64,000 bases of DNA from Octopus sinensis (lineage: Eukaryota). This document shows, one piece after another, positions 9,439 to 22,748 of the stretch. The notes beneath the pieces were generated by a model, which was given only the letters and a program-made list of their open reading frames with translations, was not told the DNA's origin and made no database searches. The stretch spans positions 25,854,001 through 25,918,000 of the forward strand of contig NC_043020.1 in NCBI RefSeq assembly GCF_006345805.1, read 5' to 3'. Made by a program: the position numbers and the translations under genes. Numbering within the stretch: the stretch's first letter is position 1; each line of letters begins with the position of its first letter.

Positions 9439-10247
9439 TTTTGCGCCAATATATATATACACATATATTTATGTATACGTACATGTATATATACATATGT
9501 CTGTATACTGATATTTGAGCTAAAAGCGTTTGAACTTCGGCTTTTAATAGAAAGAAAACAAAAACCTACCGGGACATTGGCGTTTGGCAATGATACAGCA
9601 GGCCAAATCATTTAGAGAAATATAAATTTAATCACATCAGGTAAAACGAAATGAGCAGAGGAGGATTAAAATTAAAGGAGATTAAGTGTACAGCTCGTTT
9701 CATTGTTTCACCAGGCTGTGTATTTATAGTGATAAATATTGTATGTGGTTAAATGATCTAAGGTCTATTTTTCAGCATATTGGCATAGAAAGTTTCTTCT
9801 TTTGCCCTTATTTATAATTGTTTATATTTTCACCTTGATATATATTTTAATATGCTGGCTACTGATAAAATTATTTTTCGAAAATGTTACCCATATATTA
9901 GATGTATATTCATATATATTTAAAAGTGAAAGGGGTATAACAAACTGGCCTTTTAGAGGGGGATATCCAATGTTTCGAATGTAATCTTCCGTCAGATGGT
10001 AGAGAAAAAAGAGAAATTTGCATCCACTCATCTTGAAAAACTGACAGCCAATTTTTCAAACCGAGAGGATGTAAACGCTATCTTACTTCAACTTCTCTTT
10101 TACTCTACCCGCTGACAGCCAATTACAACAGAAACATTGGATATTCCACTCTTTGCAGCAAGTTCACTGTACTCCTATATTTTTCTATATTTTCCGAGTC
10201 TTGCCGACGCAGAGCTACACAGGATACCTTATAGTTTGCCTGATTAT

Positions 10248-10282
<35 letters not shown>

Positions 10283-10354
10283 CAATTATGTATCTATAAT
10301 TATTCATATATATAATTATACATCCATATATACATACATACTATTATGTATGTA

Positions 10355-10924
10355 TATATATATAGTCTTTGACTATTTTTTCTTTCTCGCTAGACCGCTG
10401 GTGGCGATAAATTTCTATTGAATTCTTTGCTACCCTATATTGATTAATTGATGTTTTTCTGACTAATTCTGAAATTGAATCAGCAGTTTATATTTACTGC
10501 TGATAAGTTGGCGCGAGTACGATGGTTTTGAAAATTTTAGGGCAGATATTCCTAGGGCATAGATACAGATGCCTCGTGTATATCCGTCTCTCCTGGCCTC
10601 TTTACCGACGAGGTGTAGCCTTTGGTGGATTGACTTGATTTAATTTAATTAAGCTGGTTTGCCATTAAAAACACCGAAACGATGCATTGTCTAAAGATGA
10701 TTTAGGGGAAATGTTTTAAATTTTCTCTAATTTCTGAATTACTACTACTTGACGGTTTGAGTCCTGGCTGCTCTTTCTAGTGGGTCGAATGGCCTATTAA
10801 GGCCATTCCTCAATTGTTGTTGAATTTATATATATAGTCTTTGACTATTTTCTCTTTCTCACTAGACCGCTGGTGGCGATAAATTTCTATTGAATTTTTT
10901 GCTACCCTATATTGATTAATTGAT
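10355..10924 (+). mobile_element. Diverged relative of the 490-bp unit, about 1.2 units with 472-bp period, inside (TA)n; second retrozyme subfamily
   Basis: shares ccgctggtggc, ccctatattgattaatt, ggcgcgagt, tttgaaaattttagg, atgcctcgtgta, cttgatttaatttaat, gaatggcctatta; about 95-bp terminal redundancy (tagtcttt at 10363 and 10835). Confidence 0.85.
10599..10697 (+). ncRNA. Type I hammerhead ribozyme with long stem II, U4C core variant; predicted cleavage after 10691
   Basis: TCTTTA-CCGACGA-GGTGT-[54 nt]-ACACC-GAAA-CGA-TGCA-TT-GTC/TAAAGA. Confidence 0.82.
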
Positions 10925-10938
10925 TTAAATATATATAT

Positions 10939-10992
<54 letters not shown>

Positions 10993-11376
10993 TGTATGTA
11001 TGTATGTATATATGTATGTATGTATAGTCCAGAAATGGGATCCAGAGTTTTTCAGTATAGAAGACAGTTATTATTGCTCAAAGATTCAATCTTGGGCTCC
11101 AATATCTTTACATGTGATTAATTCCACGAGGAAAAAAAAAGCTAATTAGAAGGATCAAGTTGAGCGGATATAAATACAAAATATAACAGTTTGGGCATGA
11201 AGTACAAAAAATATATATATATATATTAAACATGAAAAACGAGAGAAAGCAAAAGATGGAGACTTTCAGACGATGAATATGTAAGTATAAATATATTAGT
11301 ATTTATATTAATAACTCCAACTTACTCAAAGTGCAAACGACAGATAGAATTAAAGGTGTGCAATAAAGATGGTATG

Positions 11377-11456
11377 GATCCAACAGCTGTTTCTGGCTGT
11401 CGTTCATCATAATGTGCGGCAGTAATGGATAAGACGAGTCTCCGTCATCAGGGCTG
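11377..11456 (-). ncRNA. Degenerate Penelope-type hammerhead with ~50-nt stem II region
   Basis: minus strand CAGCC-CTGATGA-CGG...CCA-GAAAC-AGCT-GTT/GGATC; core intact, stems I and II imperfect. Confidence 0.45.
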
Positions 11457-11519
11457 AAAAGGTGGAACATTTCAGATCTTAATGCAGCGATGTTCACACA
11501 TATATATAGATATTGCATT

Positions 11520-11735
11520 CACATTTCCAAACTCAACTGAACGTCCTGTTCGATCTTCATCTTCAAGGCTGAAATTTCCACTTCTGAATTATGCAAACCA
11601 TCTTCTGCAAATCCTTTCATTCAAGCATTCTTTCCCATACATTGTGTGTATGTTTCGAGTCGCTTCGCCTGCAGAGATTCCTTTTTTGTACTCATAAAAC
11701 ATTATGTTGCTTACATGCTCTTTCGATACTTCTAT
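11520..11735 (-). pseudogene. Mariner-family transposase N-terminal (HTH) fragment
   Basis: EVSKEHVSNIMFYEYKKGISAGEATRNIHTMYGKECLNERICRRWFA*FRSGNFSLEDEDRTGRSVEF resembles a Mos1-like N-terminus, with one stop. Confidence 0.8.
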
Positions 11736-11915
11736 GTTAGAAAGGATTTTAATCAAAGAAATCTTAATTCTATTATTCAGTAAAATAATATTTAATTACT
11801 TTCAAGCTACACAAATGCATAAAAATAATTTTAAATTCTATTAGACATTCTAAAATACTATTAAATTTCAATCAGTTTAAACAAAGGTAAAATCGGACAG
11901 AACATATAGGATGAC

Positions 11916-11947
<32 letters not shown>

Positions 11948-11949
<2 letters not shown>

Positions 11950-12152
11950 TGTGTGTCTATGTTTGTCCCCATCCCGGGCATCACTTGACAATCGATGTTG
12001 GAGTGCTTACGTCGTAATTTAGCGTTTCGCCAAAATACACCAATAGAATAAGTACTAGGCTTACAAGGAATAAGCTCTGAAAACGATTTGTTCCACTAAA
12101 TGGGGTGCACCAGCATGGTCGCAATCAGATGACTGAAACAAGTAAAAGAATA
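11948..12152 (+). mobile_element. SINE family A 3' half
   Basis: tttgtcccc...ggtgcaccagcatggtcgcaatcagatgactgaaacaagtaaaag. Confidence 0.8.
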
Positions 12153-13094
12153 GAATACATACATACATGCATACATACATACATATATATATACATACAA
12201 CATACATAAACGCAGCCTTTGATACACGAGTTCGGTCTATCAAATCCTACTCGGAATATCCCAGAATCATAATGCATTTTGACCTCCCTAGTATTACCGC
12301 TCTTGTTAATTGCATTTAAGTATCTTTTCATTTAGTCAATCCACTTCATTGTACGCGCGAGAAAACACCAAGTCAGTAAACAGCGCAAACGAACCCAGAA
12401 CGAAGAGGATGCGAACTACACTACTTAACTAGGCAGCTATTACAGTATATAACGATAGTTTTAAAATGGTTCGGCAGCTGTTTGCCATAAATTACAAAGC
12501 AAATTTTTTTAGACCATATGTGTTTTGAGTCAACCGAAAATCGATAAAATACGGTTTCCTCTTCGTCTCGTAACCAAGGGAGATTGTGATATAAATAAGA
12601 CAAGATTTGTGTTTATATAGAGATCTACTTTTTTTTTTATTTCTCCTGTAAAATATTTATTTATTTATTTAAGGTTCTTGTTTATAGATCTTATTATTTC
12701 TTGGTTTCCTTCGCCGTCTTCCCTCTTTCTTAATCTATATCAAATTCATAATCCAACTATGTCTAACATGCATTTATACGTTTATGTATAGCATTATATG
12801 TACAGAACAAATATCCATTTAAACATGTTACTACGTTGATTCCGAGATAACAACACAGTTTATGTGCAGTCGCCCGACCTGAATACAATTGTCAAATAAA
12901 CGAATATGTATTTGATAATTCCATACAGGTCGGGCGACAACATATACATACATACATATATATAAATATATATATATATGTGTGTGTGTGTGTATACAAG
13001 GAAACCGAAAGAAAACAAACATGGAGGGTCGTTAGACCAGAACGAGAGGAAAATAGTGAACGTTGGGAGAAGTATTTTCTTGAAAACACAAAAG

Positions 13095-13385
<291 letters not shown>

Positions 13386-13485
13386 ATAAATAAAATCGTC
13401 CGTTCTTTTGAAAGTCCGTGCAGGAAAAGAAATATGTTCGCATGAAGAAAAGAAAAATGGACAATGGTCAGTGTGAGCAAAAACC

Positions 13486-13516
<31 letters not shown>

Positions 13517-14649
13517 GTATGTATGTATCTATGTATGTGTAGGTATATGTTCGTGCTAAATTATAAAATATGTAAACAATCCTCTCTTTCTCTAATATGG
13601 ATGTCTCAATCTTTTGTTGTTACTTTTTCTTATGTGTGTGTGTGTGTATGTGTGTGTGTGTGTACGTAAATGTCGAACAATGCGAACGAGTGCTCAACAC
13701 CGCATTGGTGGATAAATTTTATTTGTGTATTTCTTTATAGTGGCCTTTATATATAAATATATATATATGTGTGTGTCTCTGTGTTGTGTGTGTGTGTGTG
13801 TGTGTGCGTGTGTGTGTAACGTGAATAATCATTAAGCGTATATGATGAACAACAGTTCGACAACAACACACGATTGCCAACCTCTGGAAGTGGTAACTTC
13901 ATTAGGGGAACATTCACTAAAAATAAAGGCATACGTAATTATCGTATATCTATTTACGTGTCAGTGGAATGATTCTCGGTCGTACTGTACTACAGATGTG
14001 AGGAGGGGGAAATGTTTAGCATTGTTGCTCACAAAGACTTTGTCACAGATATGAAACAGATGCACGTTTTATGTGCATGTGTGTGTATATATGTGGCGTG
14101 ATCTATCTGTGTTACATACAGGCGTATCCATATACATCTCTAACTACACACACACATACACATTTATATATATATGTGTGTATGTGTATGTATGTGTGAG
14201 TATGCGTGTGTGTTTGTATGTGTGTGTATGTGCGTACGTATATATATATTCATATATATATATATGTACATTAAAATATACATTTATATATCTATATGTA
14301 TGTATATATATATTTATATATATATATATATCTATAGAAATAATACATTTATACATGAATTTATATATATATATATACATATATATGTAAGTACGTATGT
14401 ATGTATATGTATATATGTATATAAATGTATATATGTATGTATGGATATGCATGTATGTATGTAAGAAATGATACATATAATTAATACATTTAAACTTGTA
14501 CGTATAATTTCGTATTATGTGTCTTCGAGTGTGTGTTTGTGTGTGTATATTTATCTATACTTAAGTGTGGGTAAGACAAGCATTGTATTTATAAAAATCG
14601 ATTAATAAAATTAATAACACGCTTACAAATACCGACATACACACAGACA

Positions 14650-14967
14650 TGGTCATAGATAGATAGACAGACAAACAGAGAGAGAAAGAGAGAGAGACAG
14701 ACGGACATAGATAGATGTATAGATAGATAGATAGATAGATAGATAGAGAGATAGACACAGAGATAGATAGATAAATTGATTGATAGATAGATAATAGATA
14801 GATAGATAGATAAATGGGTAGATATGTCGATCGATAGATAGATTGATAGATAGATATGTATGTCGACACATAGGTTGGTAGATAGATACATAGATAGATA
14901 CATACATGCATATATACATACATACATACATACATACATACATACATACATACATACATACATACAT
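14650..14967. repeat. (AGAT)n and (ACAT)n compound microsatellite
   Basis: direct reading. Confidence 0.9.
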
Positions 14968-15297
14968 AGAACTTATGGTAGCTGTCAAGTTGTCTGCTAT
15001 ATTTCTCCAGCCAGTTAGATTCAACGTCAATTATTTGGAAACGTATATTTACTAATATGGAAATCTATCTAATATGTCATATTCGTGGTTTATCACGTGC
15101 ATATTTATATGTGTGTATGTGTGTGAGAGTGAGAGAGACTGTTTATGCGCAAGCGCGTGTATATATATATATATTTTATATATATACACATCCACTCACT
15201 TAAGCACCGGAAAACAGATGTATATATATATGTCTTACGTTATACTATTCGTGTGTGTGTATGAGGAGTAGTATGTGAGTATATATAATATATATAT

Positions 15298-15329
<32 letters not shown>

Positions 15330-15333
15330 CCGA

Positions 15334-15369
<36 letters not shown>

Positions 15370-15380
15370 AACATATATAT

Positions 15381-15682
15381 GACTCAGTGGGTAGAACATC
15401 GGGTTCACTATTATTAGGTTGTGAGTTCGAATCGTAGACCGGGCTGCATGTGTGTTCTTGAGCAAGACACTTTATTTCACGTTGCTCCAGTTCACTCACC
15501 TGTATCGTCCTCTTTGCTTTTCCCTTGGACAACATCGGTGGTGTGGAAATGCGGGGCTGAGCTGGTATGCATGAGTAACAGCTGGTCTTCCTTAAACAAC
15601 TTTGCCTGGACTTGTGCCTCGGAGGGTAACCTTTTAGGTGTAATCCCATAGTCATTCATGACCCAAGATGGCTCTTTACCCT
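15381..15682 (+). mobile_element. tRNA-derived SINE family C
   Basis: A-box-like gactcagtgg, B-box-like gagttcgaatc, then ttgagcaagacactttatttcacgttgctccag. Confidence 0.7.
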
Positions 15683-16874
15683 CTATATAAGTTAAAATTA
15701 AAAATTTAGATCTAAATTTAAAATTTAAACTGGATTTTCGGTATGTCCCTCGTAGTATGCCGAAGTTCAGTGTCTGGCTTCATCGCTGGATCTATATATT
15801 TATATATGCTCAAAGACATAAATACACACACACACACGCGTATATAAATATACTTTGTTGGATAAATGCATAGACAAAGAGACGGGTGGATAGACAGAGA
15901 GACATTGCCAAATATATAGAAGACAATCAGACAGAGAAATAGCTGTCTAGCTAGATAGATGGATAGTTAGATATGTTTACGGTAATACCTAGACTGAAAG
16001 CGTTACATAATCGACATCAGTAAACTCGATCGCCCGCAAAGACATATTAAACCATATGAAACGCCATCGTACGCATGCATTTAACTTTGCGTGCATGCAT
16101 AAGAACAAATAAATACTTGGGCATTGGAGAAAGAAAGCCTGTCTTCATTTGAATTTAGTAATTTGGCTTGTCGTGAGTTTAATCGTTCACTGAAAGATTT
16201 TAATAAAATGTGGCACTCGTGACACATCGGCATTTATCTTTATAACATTAGATTTGAATTACTTTTAATACCAACATTTTTTCAGCACAATCAAGACTTC
16301 CGGTTCCTGAGGACCATAATTACACGATGGAAATTTGGTTGCGTTGATCACTGTATCGTTCTTGTTTGTGATATATTAAATATCGCCCCCCCCCCCTCAA
16401 TCCACTTCTATTCTTTTGCAGTGGAAATCTGTTTGTGTTTTTAAAGATAAGTTGTTTTTTTCTCTTAGGGTCCAAGACATATGTCTCTCTGCAAAATGGA
16501 TTCTTTCCTTATTTCAATCCCTTTCCTTTGTGGCGGGGATTTTCTTGTCTCAACTATTTTTCCTTGTTTTTGAACGCTTCGCCATTATCATTTCATTTCC
16601 TTTGCAGTGGAAGTCTTGGCGGCTCCTTTTTACTCTGTCTTTTAATGACGAAGTCGTATAACTTTACATATTACAGATGCTGCCCTGCTAAAGTGCTGCC
16701 GCCATGTTTCATTCGCCCATTTTATAAATCGAATTAGGTATAGGCGTTCTCTAAAATCTACTCCTTTTATAAACGATAAAGTTATTCATTTGTAATGAAA
16801 GTAGTTGTAATATATTTTCACACATAAAAATCCAAATTAATATCCTGGTTAAAATTCCATTTTTATTGATACAT

Positions 16875-17250
16875 ACTAGAGTATTCTCGCCTCTTCTCTT
16901 TTTCCTAAGTGCATATTTCTCTTGTTTTTCATAAAAGATATAATACAATAGAATCATGACAATATTTCTCTATTCTGAAAGTATTCTGCAAGTTATTCTC
17001 TACGCTTGCTTGCGTAAAATTCTATATTTGAAATGTCTTCAAAGCTCGTATTGTCTTATGGGTAGAAATATAGGCGCAGGAGTGGCTTTGTGGTAAGTAG
17101 CTTGCTTACCATCCATATGGTTCCGGGTTCAGTCCCACTGCGTGGCACCTTGGGCAAGTGTCTTCTACTGTAGCCTCAGGCCGACCAAAGACTTTTGGGT
17201 GGATTTGGTAGACGGAAACTGAAAAGAAGTCCGTCTTATATATGTATATA

Positions 17251-17282
<32 letters not shown>

Positions 17283-17696
17283 GAGCGTGTGTGTTTGTGT
17301 GTCTGTGTTTGTCCCCCTAGCATTGCTTGACAACCGATGCTGCTGTGTTTATGTCCCCGTCACCTAGCGGTTCGGCAAAATAAACCGATAGAATTAGTAC
17401 TGGGCTTACAAAGAATAAGTCCCGGGGTCAGTTGCTCGATTAAAGGCGGTGCACCAGCATGGCCGCAGTCAAATGACTGAAACAGGTAAAAGAGTAAAAG
17501 AGTAAAGAACACTAGATTATTCTCGCCTCTTCTCTTTTTCCTAAGTTCATTTTATTTTTATTTTCATAGAAGATATAATACAATAGAATCAGGACACTAT
17601 TTCTCTATTCTGCAAGTTATTCCCTACGCTTGCTTGCGTAAAATTCTATATTTGAAATGTCTTCAAATCTCGTATTGTCTTATGGCTAGAAATATA
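16875..17696 (+). repeat. ~190-bp direct repeat (16875-17072 and 17511-17696) exactly bracketing the SINE
   Basis: actaga.tattctcgcctcttctctttttcctaag...cgtattgtcttatgg.tagaaatata on both sides. Confidence 0.9.
17073..17510 (+). mobile_element. SINE family A, full length
   Basis: ggcgcaggagtggc head, ggttcagtccc B box, internal (TA)/(TG) tract, cagtcaaatgactg hairpin and (AAAAGAGT)n tail. Confidence 0.9.
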
Positions 17697-18435
17697 TTTG
17701 TGTAAATAGCGATCATTTAAAAACAACGTCATCTATATCCAAAGTTAAGTGCAGCCATAGAAATCAGTTGAAATTGTTTAGTTCCAGTTAATCTATTTAT
17801 ATGGATAGCGGAAGAAATCATATTATAAGAAAATGATGCCATTTCGAGTAGGTATAGAAACTGAGCATGTTGACAGAAGTAAATGAAAATTACAATTCTC
17901 AGATAAATTCACTCGTTTAGTTTCTCCTTAGTACTCGATTGTCCTAAACCTGTAGAGATGTAAGACTTATTCAAATTTTAAAAAAAGTTAAGCAAAATTT
18001 GTTGAGAAAGAATTAAGGTACAAAAATGCATAATACATTATGATAAACTTATTTTTCATGTAAATTCAAATATCATTGTAAAAGATGAAAATAAAATAAA
18101 ACAAGAAAAGATATGAATAAATTTATCTGACGCCTTAATGTTGTTCCTCTTTCCATAAAGAGAGAGTAGATTATCAGGATTTTAAAATAATTCTTAATGG
18201 ACATCTTGTCCCGTTTTAGGTTACAAACCATTTTTGAGGCGACGCAGTAGGAAGAATTTCCTGTTCAACACGATAATTCTATCTTCTTTCCAGAACTTGT
18301 CTCCTAATGGAATATCATAAATCAATTCCTGCATAAAGACATATTAATAATTCACAACCAGGCAGACTTTATATTCTTGTCGTTACATAAGTGTTTATAC
18401 GCATATTTTACGCTTCCGTTCTTCTGTAACTATAC

Positions 18436-19055
18436 AAAATTTGGATCTCTTCAGTTTGACTCACAAATTTAAAAAAAAGTTTTAATACACTGCTTGAAAC
18501 TTCGTATACTGATGTAATTTCTTACGTTGAACACGGCTTACTTTCAACATTTTTTATTAAATTTCGTATTTTAGAAGTTTTTTCGGGATAAAGGTGTCGT
18601 ATTTGGGTAATTTTAACTAATCAACGACGTGTATTCAGCTAAAGAAACCTACTGCTGTTTGCGATAGTAATCGAAGTGCAACAACTTCGGGGTCATCTCT
18701 ACTAAATGTATTTTTCAATCACTGTGGATTAGCAGAAGAACACACCGAACAATCTACAGGTTGTTGGAAAATACATTTAGTAAAGATGACCTGGAAGTTG
18801 ATGCACTTCGATTACTATCGCGAAGAGCAGTAGGTTTCCTCAGCCGAATACACGTCGTTGATTGGTTAAAATAACCCAAATACGACAACTTTAACAACAA
18901 AAAACTTCTAAAATACGAATTTTTTGAAAAATATTGAACGTAACCCATGTTCAGCGTAAGAAATTACACCAGTATACGAAGTTTCAAACTGTTATGTTTT
19001 TAAAAATAAATAACTTAAAAGTCTGTGAGCCAAACAGAACATTCCTGAATTTTAT
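18436..19055. mobile_element. Foldback/MITE-like palindrome, arms about 290 bp, loop about 20 bp (18731-18750)
   Basis: tgaaacttcgtatactgatgtaatttcttacg vs cgtaagaaattacaccagtatacgaagtttca; ggtcatctctactaaatgtatt vs aatacatttagtaaagatgacc. Confidence 0.85.
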
Positions 19056-19442
19056 TTTAAAATTATCAATATTAATAAGATTTTTTCTCAAATATGAGGG
19101 AATATTGACACTGTAGGAGAACTATATTCTTCATCCTATTTTTCGTTTCAGTATTTCTAAACAGACTTTGGGTAAGGTATTTCTTATGAATTTTTCTAAC
19201 GATAGTGTATGACGTGCGGCACGTTTTGGCTGCGAATCCTATTAGGTCAAAAGATCGTGTAGAAGCATGTTAATTCGTATGAACATGCATTTCTGAATGT
19301 CTGTGTATATGTATGTGTACGTGTATGTGTGTGTGTGCATGTTTGCGTGTATATGTGTTGACAGGAGTATATGTAAGTATGTATGTATGTATATATATAT
19401 ACATATATATGTGTGTGTGTATGCGTGTATCTGTAGGACTTC

Positions 19443-19485
<43 letters not shown>

Positions 19486-19510
19486 CACACACACACATAT
19501 ATATATATGC

Positions 19511-19559
<49 letters not shown>

Positions 19560-19886
19560 TATATATATATATACATATATATATATCACCTGTCTTCGTC
19601 TTTTGTATTTTTCGTAAACTGTCCCTATATATATATGTGTGTATGTGTGTGTTTGTGTGTGTGTGTGTATAACCATAGTCAGAACACAAGGAGAGAAAAA
19701 TAGAGTGAGAGAGAGAAAGCGAAAGAGAGATAAAGACAAAAAAGGGAGCACGAGAAGAGGAAAAAGACGGAGAGAAATAACTAATAAAACAGTTGGATTT
19801 AATCAGTAGCTGAACTGAATGATAATATCCCTTGCATTTCTCAAGACCTCTGTTAAAGAAAGGTTACAGCTTCTTCTCTCTCTCTA

Positions 19887-19952
<66 letters not shown>

Positions 19953-20383
19953 CTCTCTCTTCCAATTTCTTTCAACTTTTGTAACTCGATAACCGCTGAA
20001 ACAAAGACACTCACAATACACGTTAATAGATTATATACATCGATATAAAAAAAAATATATTTAGAAATATATCCGTCTATATATATATATATATATATAT
20101 ACATACGTGCTTTACAGATGTGTGTGTGTGTGGTTGTCTGTTTCTGTGTTTCTGTGTGTGGGTGCGTGTATCTGTTTACCAATGTATTTCCAAGTATGTC
20201 CCCCTATCACGATGTCTGTAACGAACTAACTTACACACCAGCAGGCATACACATAAATACACAAACATTCTTATATACATACATACACACGCGCAAATAC
20301 ATTTGCATTTGTGTGTGTGCATGTACGTATATATATATATATGTGTGTGTGTTCATGCATATGCATATATATATATATATACG

Positions 20384-20426
<43 letters not shown>

Positions 20427-20620
20427 ATATGTGCGTATATTGCTGTCTTTACCTACAGATGTTTTTCTCTCTTACCTTGATCTTTGTATCTGGATCTCGC
20501 GTTTCTTTCTAACTCTATTAAAACAAATTGAAACAATGATTTAGATGCGTACACACACACACACACCACACACACACACCACACACACACACACATACAT
20601 ACACGCAAACATGTTCATAC

Positions 20621-20651
<31 letters not shown>

Positions 20652-21049
20652 CGAGGAAAGTATTAAACGATACACAGAAAAGACTGAGAACAAATAATAA
20701 TAATAATAAAAAAACAAATAACATAAAGAACGACACGATTGCTAAAGCAAGTTTTTCATATCCCTTTCGTGTTCGCAATGATAATTAGATCTCATTTTAA
20801 GATATCCCAATTCTGCTCCACCATAGAGGTTATCTTTTTTCTTTGTCTTCCGTTATTTTTCTTTCGTTTTCTTTTTGTTTTTTTTTATATAATATTACTC
20901 CATTGTTCCGCCATCTTTCCTTTTCAGTTTCTCTACTATTTTTGTATTACCGTATTTTCCACAGCAATATGGCCTTCACATCGTTATTTAACTGTCTCTT
21001 ACGCTCTTTCCCCAAATCTCTCTTTCTCCTACACTCAATCTCCCACTCT

Positions 21050-21083
<34 letters not shown>

Positions 21084-21359
21084 ACCCTCTTCTTTTCTTT
21101 GTCTCTCTTACGTTCTCTGTCCCTCTTCTTTTCTTTGTCTCTGTCATGTCACTTTTCCTCATCTATTTAGAATTTCCTTTTCTCTTAAGTTCTCTACGCC
21201 ATTGATCAGCTCCCGCTTGCACGTTGTTTTTCGGTATTCTTGAGTTCATTTTTTTTTTTTTTTTTTGTATTTTTACTGTATCTAGCTACATGGTTTAACC
21301 CTTTTATTGCTGCTTGCTCCGGTTTCACCTACATATCAATGTAGGTGTGTGTGTGGGGG

Positions 21360-21360
21360 G

Positions 21361-21446
<86 letters not shown>

Positions 21447-21451
21447 AATAC

Positions 21452-21483
<32 letters not shown>

Positions 21484-21514
21484 TAGAGAGAGAGAGATAG
21501 ATAGAGAGATATAG

Positions 21515-21546
<32 letters not shown>

Positions 21547-21565
21547 TAGATAGATAGATAGATAG

Positions 21566-21653
<88 letters not shown>

Positions 21654-21680
21654 CTGACAGATAGATAGATATATACATAT
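21360..21680. repeat. (AT)n and (AGAT)n microsatellite
   Basis: direct reading. Confidence 0.95.
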
Positions 21681-21762
21681 ATAGATACATATATATATAT
21701 CCATATACTTATACATATGTCTATAAATATATATATACATACACACATATATATGTGTATAT

Positions 21763-21800
<38 letters not shown>

Positions 21801-22380
21801 GTATATACATATGCATATATAAATATAGATATACATGTATACATGTATATATCAATATATCTATATATCTATACATACATATATATATGTCTGTGTGTGT
21901 GTGTGCATATATATATATATACGTATATATGAGTAGAGATATATATATATATATATTTATATTATATAAATGTTTTTGAACATATGTATGACTAAGAGAG
22001 TGTATATGTATATATGTGTGTATATATATATATATATGTATGTGTTATATACATGTATGTGTATGTGTGTATGCATATATGTATGTACGTCTCCCTTGCT
22101 ATAAGCTCACGCCTGCACGTTTATGCCTGTATGAGGTAGTTAGTGTTCAACAATAAAACAAATAAATGCCGCGAAATTCTCCTTTCGTTGACCTATTTGC
22201 TTCGTTTGCGATTCTCAAATTGCTTGCCAGGATCATTGCTTAACTGAAGGCCACGAAAATATTTCAGTTTTATCAGGGAATTATTGCTTCCACCTTCCTC
22301 CGTCTCTCACCTCTCATTGTCTCCATCCCCGCTCAGACACACCTTCTCTCACCTTAACTCTCTCGCTCACTCCCTCTCTC

Positions 22381-22464
<84 letters not shown>

Positions 22465-22613
22465 CCCCCCTTCTCCGCAGCCAATGCAGCCCGACTTTTG
22501 CGTAGAGTTCTGAGTTTCTCTTGGATGCCAGAACGCGCATTCGCATAAACATACGAAAAACACGCAAAAGCAAACATATACACATATGCATATTATAAAT
22601 ATATTATATATAT

Positions 22614-22674
<61 letters not shown>

Positions 22675-22699
22675 ATATGTATATGTATATATATCTGTA

Positions 22700-22748
<49 letters not shown>

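Noticed and set aside
9955-9998. HHR-like CTGACGG...GAAAC on the minus strand
   Set aside because: A9 is changed, there is no G-U-H triplet, and stem I does not pair.
15690-15731. 42-bp AT-rich imperfect palindrome centred on AGATCT
   Set aside because: Low-complexity A/T sequence, single occurrence, no associated element.
21326-21347. Perfect 9-bp hairpin followed by GAAAC on the minus strand
   Set aside because: No CUGANGA upstream (microsatellite there) and no cleavage triplet.
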